Shown: positions 1-13,927, numbered from the whole stretch's first letter. The stretch: DNA of 63,850 bases, filler included, from Octopus bimaculoides (GCF_001194135.2; 7 parts of 7 records of this genome joined end to end with filler, not necessarily neighbours in it), one strand, 5' to 3'. Notes: a model not told the origin generated them from the letters alone. Made by a program: numbers and translations.

Positions 1-84
1 ATATATATACATATATATATACACACATGTATATATATGTGTGTATATATATATGTATTTATGTATGTATACATATATATATAT

Positions 85-127
<43 letters not shown>

Positions 128-180
128 AGTCTGTCTGTCTGTGTGTGTCTGTGTGTAAGTGTGTACATACATGCATATAG
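1..180. repeat. (TA)n/(TG)n microsatellites, representative of dozens of SSRs
   Basis: Others include (GACA/GATA)n 700-795, (CA)n 5828-5915, (TA)n 7027-7097, (ATT)n 13081-13136 and 13504-13585, (AAT)n 14865-14938, (GTA)n(GTT)n 19127-19230, (TTC)n 61899-61932. Confidence 0.95.
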
Positions 181-701
181 TATATATTAAATTAAATAAT
201 GAGGGTAGAAATTGATATCAGTCAATTAACATCAATTTAAACCAGTGGTCTAGCATATTAAAAAAAAATCCGAAGGTTTAAAAATTTAATTACAATTAAT
301 TAGAGGAATGACCACTAAAGTAGATTCCTAATATGCTAAAGATAGACGTCAAATCACCTCACCACAAAGAGTGTGTTCTCAAGAAAAAATCTTAACAAAC
401 ACCAGAATTTAAAGAATAAGTTAGACAAAAGAAAATTTACAAAATAAAACGATTACCTACGTGTCATGATTTCATTATTAACACTTGCAAAATGGAAAAT
501 GCAAAATGGAAGTATCTGTAACTCCTCAGCGTAGCCTGTCGTATTTCAAAACATATTTCTCAGAACTATACACAGAAACGTTTTCCTAAAGAAAACTCAT
601 GTACAGTTCTACAAAATATATTTGTGGTATTTTTCAAATGTCTTCATTTTGGCGCTCTAGTGAATAGACACGCTGACTCTCCAGTTCATTTGCAATTAAA
701 T

Positions 702-743
<42 letters not shown>

Positions 744-756
744 TAGACAGACAGAC

Positions 757-795
<39 letters not shown>

Positions 796-2127
796 AATGT
801 AAGAGGTTTGTATGTGTATAATGTGTTTCTACAATGTGAGGAAGAAGTAGACATACTGGTAAAAATGTTCTGCATCATTGGTGGAAGGTATTGGTTATGA
901 TCAGGCCAGGGATCTGATTAGTTAAAAAGTAGTCTGGTGAGGTCATTCATGTTTTTGTGTGAGCGTTGTCACAGCCATGCTAGATGAAGGTAAGGTCGTT
1001 GATTAAGTCATTGCTGTATATGGTGGTGGTCAGTAGAAGTTGGATTTGAATTCATGATTCCATGACTTTTCTTTTACCCATCACACTTTTGTAAAATACT
1101 TCATAACTGCTCTGTTGTCCTTTACTGATATGATTTGTTGACACCACTGCTAAGACGGCTTCTACAATTGATACTTTCGTTGTATCGATTTGCACATGAC
1201 AACCTGGTGCCTGGTACTGCATTTCTGGGCTGTGTCGATTAGTTCGTGACACTCTGGGTTGAAATATCGACAACCGTTACCAATAATTCCAGTCTGTAAC
1301 CTGCATTACTTTATAGCTCTTCTTAAGAGGATCGTTCGTTAATATGATAATATAGATCTAAGTTGTTGATTGATGCCTAGGTTTTCATGTAGACTCATCG
1401 ACTGACAATGTAGACGTACTAACTGATGGCCCAAAATGTGATGACGGAAGTACGTCTTCTGATACTATCCTGTCTTGTTTTAGACAGTTAGTGACGAAGG
1501 TAAATTACCAATTTGTGGAATTTTGTTCGAACCACTGACATGCAAATAAAATAACATGAGATATTCGCATCATACCTAATATCAAGAGGGGTTTTATGTT
1601 TATGTTTTTTTGTTTTTTTATTTTAAATTAGTCAACTTTTATGATAGTGTCTGCTACGGTTTAACGAGCATTTTTCTATAGCAAAACGATTAAGGATACA
1701 TCCTCAGTTAAGAATGACACAAAAGTTATTAAATTTCCAGTTTTATACATTCATGTAACGAAGAATGGACACACACATGAAGAATCTGAATGCATGCTGC
1801 GGATTTACTTCCCGACAATTGGCAAAATAATTTCGATTGATTCTGACTGTTTAGCTAATAAACTAATTGAATAATAAAATTTTATCATCACGATTGTTTT
1901 TCTCTGATACTTTACTATACATACGTTAATGATTTCCGGACCTTCATGTCGTGAAATATTATAGGTTATGGTTGCACGGAAGCAATATATCTATAATGCG
2001 ACAGTTGTTACAATCGATATCCTCTTTTAACATCAATTTACATTTATAAACTCACGAGTTTAAAACCATGGACACTAGCAGATCTTTTGACCATCTTTAC
2101 AGCATGCTAATATGCTAACACAGATTA

Positions 2128-2345
2128 GGGGCGGTGAGCTGGCAGAATCGTTAGCACGCCGAGAAAATGCTTAGCGGCATTTTGTCCATTCCATCTTTAT
2201 GTTCTGAGTTCAAATTCCACCTTGGTTGACTTTGCCTTTCATCCTTTCGAGATCGATAAAATAAGTGCCAGCTGAGCTCTGGGGCCGATGTAATCGATTT
2301 ACTATCTCACCCGAACTTGCTGACCGTGTGCCAAACTTTGAAACC
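2128..2345 (+). mobile_element. SINE family A (tRNA-like head, GTTCAAATTCC B-box)
   Basis: ggcggtgagctggcagaatcgttagc...gagttcaaattcc...gactttgcctttcatcctttc; at least 7 related copies in the window. Confidence 0.8.
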
Positions 2346-2743
2346 AGTATGCTAAACCTGATTCTTAATGTAAACAAAAACCTTTAAAAAACTCCTACTT
2401 TCTGCTAAATCTTTTTGATTTTCGTTGCCTGTTATTGTCGCTCCTTCCCCAGAAGTAATTCTCAGAGTCAATTTCAACAATAAATTCACCTATTAGATAT
2501 AATTGTTACATTTCAAAATCCGAAAAGTATAATTTATTATGAGACTTCTTTTATGTCGATCTGATAGAAACATCTTCCAGTATCTATATTGTATTGCGGT
2601 ACAGTATATTAACAGAGAATAGTTCCAGTATGCCAGTAAGCATCTCTCTAACAGTCATTCCTTGCTTCAGTAAATATACTATCATTCTATAAGTATATGT
2701 ACGCACATACACGCGCACGCACACATGCATGCATGCATGCATG

Positions 2744-2777
<34 letters not shown>

Positions 2778-3161
2778 TGTATGTATGTATGACTGTATTA
2801 CTGTATGTATATATATATATATATATATATANNNNNNNNNNNNNNNNNNNNNNNNNNNNNNNNNNNNNNNNNNNNNNNNNNNNNNNNNNNNNNNNNNNNN
2901 NNNNNNNNNNNNNNNNNNNNNNNNNNNNNNNNNNNNNNNNNNNNNNNNNNNNNNNNNNNNNNNNNNNNNNNNNNNNNNNNNNNNNNNNNNNNNNNNNNNN
3001 NNNNNNNNNNNNNNNNNNNNNNNNNNNNNNNNNNNNNNNNNNNNNNNNNNNNNNNNNNNNNNNNNNNNNNNNNATTCAGGTGAATATGGTACTTAAGTTT
3101 AGGCACCAGAATTTAGTATAGTATTATCCATACAATTTCAAAGTAAGGTGATTAAAATCAA

Positions 3162-3487
3162 AATAAGCAACAAGGATATCCAGAGGTAATGCAGTACGAT
3201 CGTTTCATGCAACTCCATTTAATTGAACAATGTAATCATTACATCAATTTAAAAATGCAGAGCAATCCTCAACTGCGCAAAGAAATAGAATTTATTTAAA
3301 TTAGAACAGATGGACACATTAGTATAATTATACCTAAAATCTCCCAGAGGTTAGGGAGACAGACAGAGGACATCTTGCTTTAGCCACACCATGGAAACTT
3401 CCATGACGTAATGATTACATTGTTCAATTAAATGAAGCTGCATGAAACGATCGTACTGCATTACCTCTGGATATCCTTGTTGTTTAT
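3162..3487. mobile_element. MITE with about 80-bp TIRs, superfamily unassigned
   Basis: caacaaggatatccagaggtaatgcagtacgatcgtttcatgc...ttgaacaatgtaatcattac inverted at 3405-3482. Confidence 0.8.
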
Positions 3488-3596
3488 TTATATATATATA
3501 TATATATTGTATGCATGTATGCCTGAATGTATGTATATAAGTATGCATATATGTATGTACGCAGCTTAAAGAGTTTGGTAAGCTGAGATGAACAAA

Positions 3597-3745
3597 CCAG
3601 GCGGGGGAAGCCTTTTTCCAGAAGCGGGCCGCATGAAATATTGCTCATAATTAGTGGGATCACACTAGAAAAAAAATTCAAGGTTATTTTTCATTAGGCG
3701 TGCCCCTTAGAAAGTCACGCGGGTCGCAGGTTGCTCATGATTGGC
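3597..3745. mobile_element. Degenerate hAT-type MITE
   Basis: cag...aacc/agcc-type left end, gcgggccgca subterminal motifs, right end caggttgc.ca...tg; related to 17876. Confidence 0.45.
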
Positions 3746-4593
3746 TTAAACAATCCGATGTGAAATTTTGTTGTAATTTTACAGAAGAATCTATTTAAGA
3801 CGCATTGGTTTCTGAACTTGTTAATTACTCATGATACTATTTATTTCTACGAATACATATTTTCTGATTATTATCTGGAAACCTATCTTCCAAACTATCT
3901 TCCTATTTTCTATTTACTAAATTAAATTCAGAGAGGCAGCAATATTGTCGGTCCCAATACAAGCAAAACTTGTCTTCATACTCTTAACATATCAAAATAT
4001 TCTGATCTCGGGTTTCATATTTTAGCCTTAGAAAGCATGAAAGCGTGAAATATTGCCACTTCAGCCAAAATATTTGTAATTGCAATAGAAACAAGCATAG
4101 TCTAAGATTCGTTATATTTTCAAACATAACCTTACTATAAGATCTTCTCCGCCCATTACAACATTCATAATGTTATCCCTTCATGATTGTCATCGTGTTC
4201 TGTCAAAAGTATCAATATCACAGAACGCATGTATTGGATGTTGGTTTATGCTAGAATACTAAAATACTAAAATGCAGCGTTGTTCTACATATTGCATAAT
4301 GTTTGACAAGATATTCAGTAGTTTAGATACCCCGAAATCTAGGTATTTGAAGTATCTAGATTATATTTTGGACTTTTAACAACATTTGTCTTGTGTTACA
4401 GTGTACATTTCAATGACAAAATCTGATGTCAACATTTTTTCGCGCGCGTGCGTATGTATGTATGTATGTATGTGTATATATATAATCGCCCCCCCCCCCA
4501 AAAAAAACGGAGAGAAAAACAAGAAAAAACAACAACGCGAGGACGTGGTGCATGCAAAGTATTAATATGACGCTCAGGGAAGGAAAGAAAGGG

Positions 4594-4630
4594 TGTTTTA
4601 CGTTTCGAGCAAAGTTCTTCTTCAGAAACA
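4594..4630 (-). ncRNA. Minimal type I hammerhead ribozyme motif (Penelope-like element type)
   Basis: UGUUU-CUGAAGA-A-GAAC-UUU-GCUC-GAA-ACGU-A-AAACA: intact core, 5-bp stem I, palindromic stem III, GUA site, one mismatch in stem II. Confidence 0.7.
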
Positions 4631-4929
4631 GGAGACAGAGGATAGTCCAAGAGAAAAGAAAGATGGAGGGGAAAAAATGGCCAACAATTCACACACACAT
4701 ACATATATATATANNNNNNNNNNATGTTTCATTTGCTAATAGGAGCTACAAAATTGCACATGTAGGAGAAGCATGTAAGAAATCTCTTATTAGAAATTCT
4801 TTTGACCGAGAATCAAACAATACAAAATTTACATTTGGATGAAGCGTTTATATATAATTAGTAATCAGCAGTCCTTTAGATAGAAGGGAGAATAAAGAAC
4901 AAATCTAGTAATACAGAAGAAGAAGAAGA

Positions 4930-4985
<56 letters not shown>

Positions 4986-5154
4986 TGTATTTGCTCATAA
5001 ATAAGTTGATAGCTACATGTGTGCATATGTGTCTATGTGGCTATGAATGTACATGTGTATGAGTGTGTGTGTGTATATATGTATATATATATATATGTGT
5101 GTGTGTATGCATATATGTATATGTGTGCATATGTGTAGGGTATATGTGTACACT

Positions 5155-5385
5155 TATTTATTTCTTTATCGCTCATAGGGGCGGGGGCTAAACATAGAGG
5201 GGACAGACAAAGGGGTTAAGTCGATTATATCGACCCCAGTGCGTAAATGGTACTTATTTAATCGACCTCGAAAAGATGAACGGCGAAGTCGACCTCGGTG
5301 GAATTTGAACTCAGAACGTAACGGAAAACGAAACACTGCAAACATTTCGCCCGGCATGCTAACAATTCTGCCAGCTCACCACCCT
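5155..5385 (-). mobile_element. SINE family A
   Basis: Reverse complement of the 2128-2345 family, near full length. Confidence 0.8.
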
Positions 5386-5826
5386 GTGAATACACTTATT
5401 GCATCAATCTCTAACTCTCTCCTTCTTCTTTCTTATTAATAGTTGCTCTTTACTCGCCCCTCCAACTATTTGAAGGACTCCTGATTACTAATTATATATA
5501 AACGCTTCATCCAAATGCAAATTGTGTATTATTTGATTCTCTGTCTGAAGAATTTCTAATAGGAGATATCTGAAAGATTTCTTCTCCATGTACAATTATG
5601 TAATTCCTATCAGCAAATGAAACATGTGTAACGTTGAATAAATAATACCAAAAGTTTTTCCAATCTCCTGTTTTGATATATAATTACCCAGCAAACAATA
5701 TTTTTACCAAGATTTACTCCTCTCATGCATCCCTCACACAAATATGTCATCTACATACGGATTTGGAATCCTGGAATAAGCTGATGTGCTTCGAGGGGAC
5801 ACAGCTTGGATTTTAACCCTAGCTAC

Positions 5827-5916
<90 letters not shown>

Positions 5917-7024
5917 TACATACACATGCACGCATGCACTTACACACACATGCACTTACGCACACACAGATGCAGACTCAAACGCATGTGCAGATGAGGA
6001 TACATACAACTGAAAGACAAAACGGAAGGCGCGGAACAAGAGGAGACAAGTGGGATAGAGAGTGGTTCAAGAAGTCACAGGATGTGCCACGAAAGAGCTT
6101 TGAAAAAAATGGAATAATAATAATAAAGCTGATGTGAAGACCAAATAGGACCATCCCCAAGTATAGCAACATATATATACATATATTCTTTTATATGTTT
6201 CATCCCTAAGGTTGTGGCCATGCTGGGTCACTGCATATATATACATATCTATATATAGAGAGAGAGATGTATGTGTATGTGTGTGCGTGCGTGCGTGTGT
6301 GCGTATACATATATATATTCTAGGAAGTAGAATCTCACAACATTTAGCTATTGTCTGTAGTTGAAAATGTTAATAAAAGCAATCTTCGTGAATGCCAGCT
6401 GGATTTTTTCCAGTGTCTTTGGCAAAGGAAAGGGATCAAGACTAAAAGTAATATTTCAACTGAGTGAGAAGAAGAATTTCCAAACAGTGGACATAGCTTC
6501 ACTTTCTCTTGTTATAAATATTGTGAGGATCCACAACAGGCTGTCAGTTATCTTCAAGTTATTGTCAATCTATGTTAGCATGAAAGGATGCACCACTACT
6601 AATTACAATTCTCAGATCAAACATAGATATTGGTTTTGGTATTCCTGTGAGTTAGATGTATCGAGGTTCCAATATATGTTGGTAGTGTCGTGCTTGAACA
6701 TTACATATCCGAATGAATATTTAGTTGTGAGTTGCTTGTGATGGTAAGTACTGACGAGAATGTTGAGATCGCAGAAGCACAAGCTTTAATGAATATGTCT
6801 CGAGTATTTAGATCGAACACACGTTCACAGGAATGGTATTCCAGGAGGAATTCTGGAATTGTCTATTTGTTGAAACCAGGATGAGAAGTTGACACTTTAA
6901 CTGAGAAACCATTGACTGGAACTATTTTCCTAACTGTTCCCGTAACTGATGGAAAATGTACTAACGAGCAAAGCTTTGCTTTGCGTTTTGTAAGCATGTG
7001 ACAACTCATAAATTGATATATACA

Positions 7025-7098
<74 letters not shown>

Positions 7099-7676
7099 GG
7101 GAATGTGTGAATGTCTGCATGTATGTGTGTATATATGCATTATATAAATGTGCATGTATTCATGCATATGTGAACACAGCTCAGTTCAGATGAAGGACTC
7201 TGGGAGAAGTTTGATATGTTTAAATTATCAAAGGTCAAAGATAGGTGTAATTTTGTTGATGAATCCATAAAAGAATGGCTTGAAATATCTCAATCAAACA
7301 GAAATGCTAACTGGAAAAAATGCTCAACTTACTAAGAATTCAGTAAAATATAAAAATAAATCTCTTCGTAATGGAATCCGACACGTACACGAAGAGTAAA
7401 TTAGGGTTCAAGGAGATGGCAATGACAATGACACTAGTGAAAACGCTGATTGTGATTTCTATGAGTTCCTCAATACCAATGTTTTCTGTTCAAAATATAT
7501 ATTTTACCACAAGAAAATACGCAACATTTTCAGAAATAATAGGCAGAGTTGGGACAATCCCTCATTTCAATTAATAACATTGAAATATAGATGACGCATG
7601 GAATTTTGTTGACATGAAGAGTGATTATGTGTCACGAAAAAGTACATACCGATTTTTGCTTTTTATAAGACATTGT

Positions 7677-8000
7677 AACTGGCACTCCGTTCGTTTACGA
7701 CGACGACGGTTTCAGTTGATTCGATCAACGTAACAGCCTGCTCGTGAATTTAGCGTGCATGTGGTTGAGCACTCCATAGACACGTGCACTCTTAATATAG
7801 TTCTTAGGGAGATTCAGCGTGAGACAATGTGACAAGGCCGGGCCTTTGAAATACAGGTACAACTCATTTTTGCCAGTTGAGTGAACCGGAGCAACGTGAA
7901 ATAAAGTGTCTTGTTTAAGGACACAACGCACCGCTAGGAGTCGAACTCACAACCTTACAATCGTGAGCCGAATACTTTACCCCCTAAGTCACGCGCCTTC
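7677..8000 (-). mobile_element. SINE family C (subfamily with ccttgagcaagacactt centre)
   Basis: Shares the 3' body (gtcacactctgtgtcacgctgaat...gatcaactggaacc) with 49672-50041. Confidence 0.8.
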
Positions 8001-8291
8001 GTGATATTGTAAGATATGAAGAAATCATACACGATGCACACATATTAATACATGCACGCATGCACAAACACCTATGCACTAAAGAGCCATGTTAACAGAG
8101 AAAACAAGTACAGGTTCATACACTTACATTTTTGTACACACTAACGTTTCCATATATTTCACAAAGTGAAGGGATTTAGAGTCTGAACTCAAAATGCCTT
8201 CACTTTGTTAGTGACTGTCTTAAACTCCAGAAAAAAGAACTTAAATAAACCGAAGAGAAAGCACACACACACACACACACACACACGCACG

Positions 8292-8322
<31 letters not shown>

Positions 8323-8444
8323 AAACACACTCACCAAAACACACACACACAAACACACACACATGTATGTTTATGTTTGTATTTATGCATGCATGTATGT
8401 ACGTATGTATGCAGAGCGGCTATTAGTACAAGAAATCTAATTAC

Positions 8445-8615
8445 TATAACAGCATGAGAAAAATGATGTGTAGTATTCGTTCCGGCTTTGTACATTTCTG
8501 AGTTCAAATCCCACCGAGGTAGGCTTTGATTTTCATACTTTCGCGATCGATAAAATAGTTAATGGAATCAGTCGAATCGATTAATCTCCCCCAACAAAAT
8601 TTTGGCCTTATGCTC
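8445..8615 (+). mobile_element. SINE family A, degenerate partial copy
   Basis: ctgagttcaaatcccaccgaggtaggctttgattttcatactttcgcgatcgataaaat. Confidence 0.65.
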
Positions 8616-9795
8616 AACACTGAATTCGATATCAGATGAAGAACTCTTGAAAGATCAAAGCAATATTTCAGACAAATAAAATGTTTGCGCTGCACAAAGA
8701 AATAGTATAAATATAAATATTTAAAAAAGAAAAACCACTCACCTTATGAATATCAAAAAAACCACGTGTGGGCATCTACTAAATATTTCATTCCTGAACA
8801 TCGGATAGTTGCACATATATTTGGTATTTATTTTTGTGAGAACTTTCTTCGTTCAATACCTTTGATAAACGACGCTTAAAGGCAGGTTGAGTTGAGATGC
8901 TCCAGCGTCAGTTTCATGGAGCAGTTCTGGCTTTTGAGCGCTGACATTGATGATAAAAGATATAGAGTTAATAAGATTAATAACAAACTAACTATTTACC
9001 TATTTAGCCTACAAGAACACAATTATCATGAGACAGTAGATTATATTTTGCTTTGCCCCGGTTGCCAAATAGTTAATCGAGGATAAAGCAAACAGCAAAG
9101 GAGCAAGAGTATACTCCTACTTGTTGTTTTTGGGAACATGGAGAATACCAGACAGCTTACAGCTCGACACACGGACTCTCCAGTTACACATTGTCTATGG
9201 ACAGTGACGGTGAGCCTCTTTAGTCTGGCGTGTTGTAATTTAAATTTCTTTAAGAAGTTGCGTGCACATATGTATTCTAATTTACATACTTGTTCATTAA
9301 GTGGAGATTTTTACAAAGTCAACCACAATCAACCAAAATCTCGCGAAATGATGCTGCTGGCATGTGTATCGTAAGTCCGCCATCACTGGTCTATTATTTG
9401 ACCAGCCTTACTAGCAACGGTATGAAAAGAAAAAATCACAATTATGCTTATCGAAGTAAAGTATCTTCCTTTTCTAAAGAGATGCAGGAAGTTGGCATTC
9501 TTTAATCGTCGCAAGATAACTTCAGGAACACTGCTATACTTATACTCTTCTATATACCACTATTTTTATACTGTACATTTCTGACGGAGAGATATCAATA
9601 ACTGATGTTATGTCATCCAGTGGATACTTTTCGGGCGAAATGACCTTCTTCAATGAAAGAGAACTAACCAGGTGATCGAGAACAGATTCCAGCTGTAAGG
9701 TAAATAAATAATCAATGACTACAAATTTCGTACAAATATTTCTTATTGAAGTCACCGTTAACATGTCCAGATCACCTCTTCAACAAAGATTATCT

Positions 9796-10083
9796 GGTGC
9801 TGCTTTAGTGTGTGGTCTTCCGCGTTATCCGTTGTTCACGCTGTGAAATGACCTGATCTGGGTCTGAATTAGGGTTAGAATTTGGGGTTTGGTCAGGATT
9901 AGTATAGGGTTTAGGATCAGTGTTAAGGTTAAGGTTTCGGGTTAGGATTAGCGTTAAGGCTTAGGTTTAGGGTTAGGATTTAGGGTCAGGGTTAAGGTTT
10001 AGGTTAGGGTTACGATTAGAGTTAGAGCTGGAGTATATGGGAATGTGAAAATGGCCAGGTAGACTGCATTCTAAAGTGTCACC
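9796..10083. mobile_element. Old Merlin-like MITE filled with degenerate TTAGGG repeats
   Basis: 26-bp TIRs 18/26 identical; flanks GATTATCT / GATATTCT (6/8). Confidence 0.45.
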
Positions 10084-10379
10084 GATATTCTAACTTCGTA
10101 CTGTTTAATAGCTGTTAATGACTTAGCTATTTATGAAATCAGCCAGTCATTTATCTATATATAGCCTACAGATTCCCATAGGATCCACCAGCTCTCTACA
10201 ACTCCCTTTTCTCTTTCAATCGAGTTCCCTATAGACTTCAAAGCTGATTACGAAGCACTTTATGTGAAAGGAGATACACTTCCCCATGACGGAGTTCAAG
10301 AGATCATTCGACACAGTTGCCAGTTTATTTTGTGATCTCTTACTGTAATATATATTTAAACTGGAAGAATGTACACACG

Positions 10380-10410
<31 letters not shown>

Positions 10411-10713
10411 AAACACACACACTATATATATATATATATATATNNNNNNNNNNNNNNNNNNNNNNNNNNNNNNNNNNNNNNNNNNNNTTAATTAATTAAN
10501 NNNNNNNNNNNNNNNNNNNNNNNNNNNNNNNNNNNNNNNNNNNGCAAAGTCTATAATGAGAATATTCAAATAGATCCGATATTCAAATAGCTCCGATATT
10601 GATGAAATTTAAATCATAAAACTATTCCGACATTTTATCAGCTTTTCCATATCTTTCACATCTCTGCTTGGCCTGCTGAATGTTGAAAATATAGATTAAC
10701 TCACCTTACTACA

Positions 10714-11525
10714 ATGCCTCCGAAAAAAATTAGATTTGGACTACCTAAGCAATCTCAGCGTAGGAAAAGAGACAGAGCTGAAGAGACCAAGAGACCAAGA
10801 GACTGAGAATAGATGCTGAAAGGCATGCAGCCTTACGAGCCTCACAAAATCAAGAACAAGCAGAAGGAAGACGAAGATTAAATGCCCAACGAACTGCAGC
10901 AGCAACACAATCCGAAGCTCAAGAACAGGCTGAAACAGGACGAAGATTAGATGCTCAACGGACTGCAGCAGCAAGAAAGTCTGAAACTCCAGAAGTAAGG
11001 TGGGGAGAGTGAGAATGAATACTCGACAGACTGCAGCAACCAGGTAACTCAGGACGAGCTCAGCACTAGGAGGATAACAGATTAAGGCATCAAGAATTTA
11101 GACTGCGTCCTTTTACTACTGAAAATTGGAAAATGGCTGCATTCAATTATAATCCTAATTATGCATATAATTCGCAAGACATTGTTACTATAGGATCCAT
11201 GTCATTACTCTGTGATTACTGCGATGCCAAGAAATGGATCCATGAACCTCTAGGTATGTGTTATAGTCATAGAAAGATCCGATTACCACTTCTTGTTGAT
11301 CCACCACAACCATTAAAAGATTTCCTATTGGGCTCAAATCCAGAATCAAAACACTTTTTTGCAAAACATACAGCGTTACGATAATACATTCAAGGTCAAA
11401 TTCATCATAGAATTGGAAGATTGTTGCCATTGCAGCATGAGGATTCCCAATACTTACAAATATGTTTCATTGGAGGACAAGAAGATCAAACAGAAGTTAA
11501 GTGCGACCTTAAGCAAGGGGTAAGA
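10714..11525 (+). mobile_element. Helitron RepHel N-terminal pseudogene fragment
   Basis: RLxAQRTAAA repeats, AAFNYNP...IGSM...CDYCDAKKW.HEPLGMC...LPLLVDPPQPL...SKHFF, then QGQIHHRIGRLLP...LQICF. Confidence 0.8.
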
Positions 11526-11539
11526 AGAATCACAATCAG

Positions 11540-11578
<39 letters not shown>

Positions 11579-12687
11579 GGATAATAAAACGAATAGTTTA
11601 CACCTGGTGGCTTACTGGTTCGACTAAAAGCGGTGCTCCAGCATGGCCGCAGTCAAATGACTGAAACAAGTANNNNNNNNNNNNNNNNNNNNNNNNNNNN
11701 NNNNNNNNNNNNNNNNNNNNNNNNNNNNNNNNNNNNNNNNNNNNNNNNNNNNNNNNNNNNNNNNNNNNNNNNNNNNNNNNNNNNNNNNNNNNNNNNNNNN
11801 NNNNNNNNNNNNNNNNNNNNNNNNNNNNNNNNNNNNNNNNNNNNNNNNNNNNNNNNNNNNNNNNNNNNNNNNNNNNNNNNNNNNNNNNNNNNNNNNNNNN
11901 NNNNNNNNNNNNNNNNNNNNNNNNNNNNNNNNNNNNNNNNNNNNNNNNNNNNNNNNNNNNNNNNNNNNNNNNNNNNNNNNNNNNNNNNNNNNNNNNNNNN
12001 NNNNNNNNNNNNNNNNNNNNNNNNNNNNNNNNNNNNNNNNNNNNNNNNNNNNNNNNNNNTATATATATGCATATAGGCACACATGTACATACAAGCACAA
12101 ACACTTACACGCGTACATATATATATATATATCTTAAATATTGTCTCACAGGAAATACTACTTTGTTAATTGCTTACTGTCTCCCCAAAGCAATTTATAC
12201 AAGATGTCCTCACCTCGAAGGATTCAATCTTGTATGTACTTCCCCTCCCACTTCTACTTTCACTTTCTATGCTTAAACCGACAGTCTTTCACCTTCACCT
12301 CTAACCTCTTCCATAGTTGTATCACCACCCAACATTACCGATTTACGCTTCTAACACATCATCTTACACGCAAAGTCAGCTCGTTCGTTATTATCTCCAT
12401 GACATCTACATTCTCGGTAAACAGCAAACACCTACGGAATTCACTGAAATGGTCACTCACTTGACAGCTTCGTTTCTGTCTCAACCGACAAAACAACGTT
12501 TGCGATACAAATACTTTAATCTATTCTCAAGATTCCTGTAGAAGAAAGCAATTCACTGTTTATGCTTCGAGGCTTAACTTATGCTAAATGACATAACAAC
12601 GAGAACAAAAACAATACTGGTGATTTCAAGTTAATAATAACAATGCTTTCACTTTAATAATAATAATAATAATGATATTGATAATAA

Positions 12688-12855
12688 TGGTTTCAGATTT
12701 TGCCACAAGGGCAGCAATTTAGAGGGAGGGGATGAGTCGATTATATCGACTCCAGTGTTCAACTGGTACTTAATTTATCGACCCTGAATGGATGAAAGGC
12801 AAAGTCGACCTCAGCGGAATTTGAACTCAGAACGTAAAGACAGACGAAATGTTGC
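12688..12855 (-). mobile_element. SINE family A, partial
   Basis: gatgaaaggcaaagtcgacctcagcggaatttgaactcagaacg. Confidence 0.75.
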
Positions 12856-13080
12856 ATGTACTTCTTGGGATTTTTACTCACTGTTCCCAAGGCTCCGACA
12901 ATTATTGGTACCACTACTACCTTTTTCATCGACCACAACTGCTTTACCTCCCAAGCTAACCTGTCATACCTATCGACTTTTCGCTCTTCCTTATCGCATA
13001 CCTTGTTGTCAGCTGGGCATGCTATATCTATGATCTGGCATAGTTTGGTTTCTTTCTCAATTAAGACTATGTCTGGCTTT
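12855..13080 (-). mobile_element. R4/Dong-like non-LTR retrotransposon C-terminal restriction-like endonuclease fragment
   Basis: KPDIVLIEKETKLCQIIDIACPAD...KEERKVDRYDRLAWEVKQLW...VVPIIVGALG has the PD..D REL signature. Confidence 0.75.
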
Positions 13081-13090
13081 ATTATTATCA

Positions 13091-13136
<46 letters not shown>

Positions 13137-13502
13137 GTTGTTGTTGTTGTTGNNNNNNNNNNNNNNNNNNNNNNNNNNNNNNNNNNNNNNNNNNNNNNNN
13201 NNNNNNNNNNNNNNNNNNNNNNNNNNNNNNNNNNNNNNNNNNNNNNNNNNNNNNNNNNNNNNNNNNNNNNNNNNNNNNNNNNNNNNNNNNNNNNNNNNNN
13301 NNNNNNNNNNNNNNNNNNNNNNNNNNNNNNNNNNNNNNNNNNNNNNNNNNNNNNNNNNNNNNNNNNNNNNNNNNNNNNNNNNNNNNNNNNNNNNNNNTTT
13401 ATAAAAAATTAAATTAAAATTTTTTTTTTTATTAAAAATAAATTTAAAAAATAATAATAAATAAAAAATTCATGAATGGATGTTGTTTTCACAGCGATAA
13501 TG

Positions 13503-13584
<82 letters not shown>

Positions 13585-13585
<1 letters not shown>

Positions 13586-13770
13586 CGTGGCTGGTTTTCA
13601 ATACCGGGCTGCAGCATCAAAGTCTACCCGCCACACTTCTCGGTCCATCGTCACTGTCTTGAGGTCCTGGATACATTTCAGGCCAGTGTCTGCAATCAAG
13701 TTGTCAACGTGTGACAACGTTTTCCTCTTCTTACGTCACCATGAAGTGGGTTCCACTAGGCTAATTTGAA
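13585..13770 (-). mobile_element. RTE-type LINE 3' end with (TAA)n tail
   Basis: Remnant ...VDNLIADTGLKCIQDLKTVTMDREVWR, typical of an RTE C-terminus. Confidence 0.6.
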
Positions 13771-13927
13771 TGCTTTCCAATCAGGTTTACACACGCAGTG
13801 ACCAGAAAGTCACATATATATGTTGTATATATTGTTGGTGTGTAATAGGTGGGTAACACATCCATGGACCATTCACTGGTCCAGCATTCTGTTTTAATTC
13901 TAATTTTATTTTGGGTGCTAACATAAG

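Noticed and set aside
880-1450. Decayed ORF-like stretches (also 6355-7010, 7180-7500, 12140-12600) possibly from Penelope or other TEs
   Set aside because: No RT, GIY-YIG or transposase motif could be recognised, so no family call is supportable.
10488-10499. TTAATTAATTAA islands inside N runs (also 19656, 45544, 52132, 60911, 62708)
   Set aside because: An identical 12-mer centred in roughly 100-bp gaps with stops in all six frames is an artificial scaffolding spacer, not biology.
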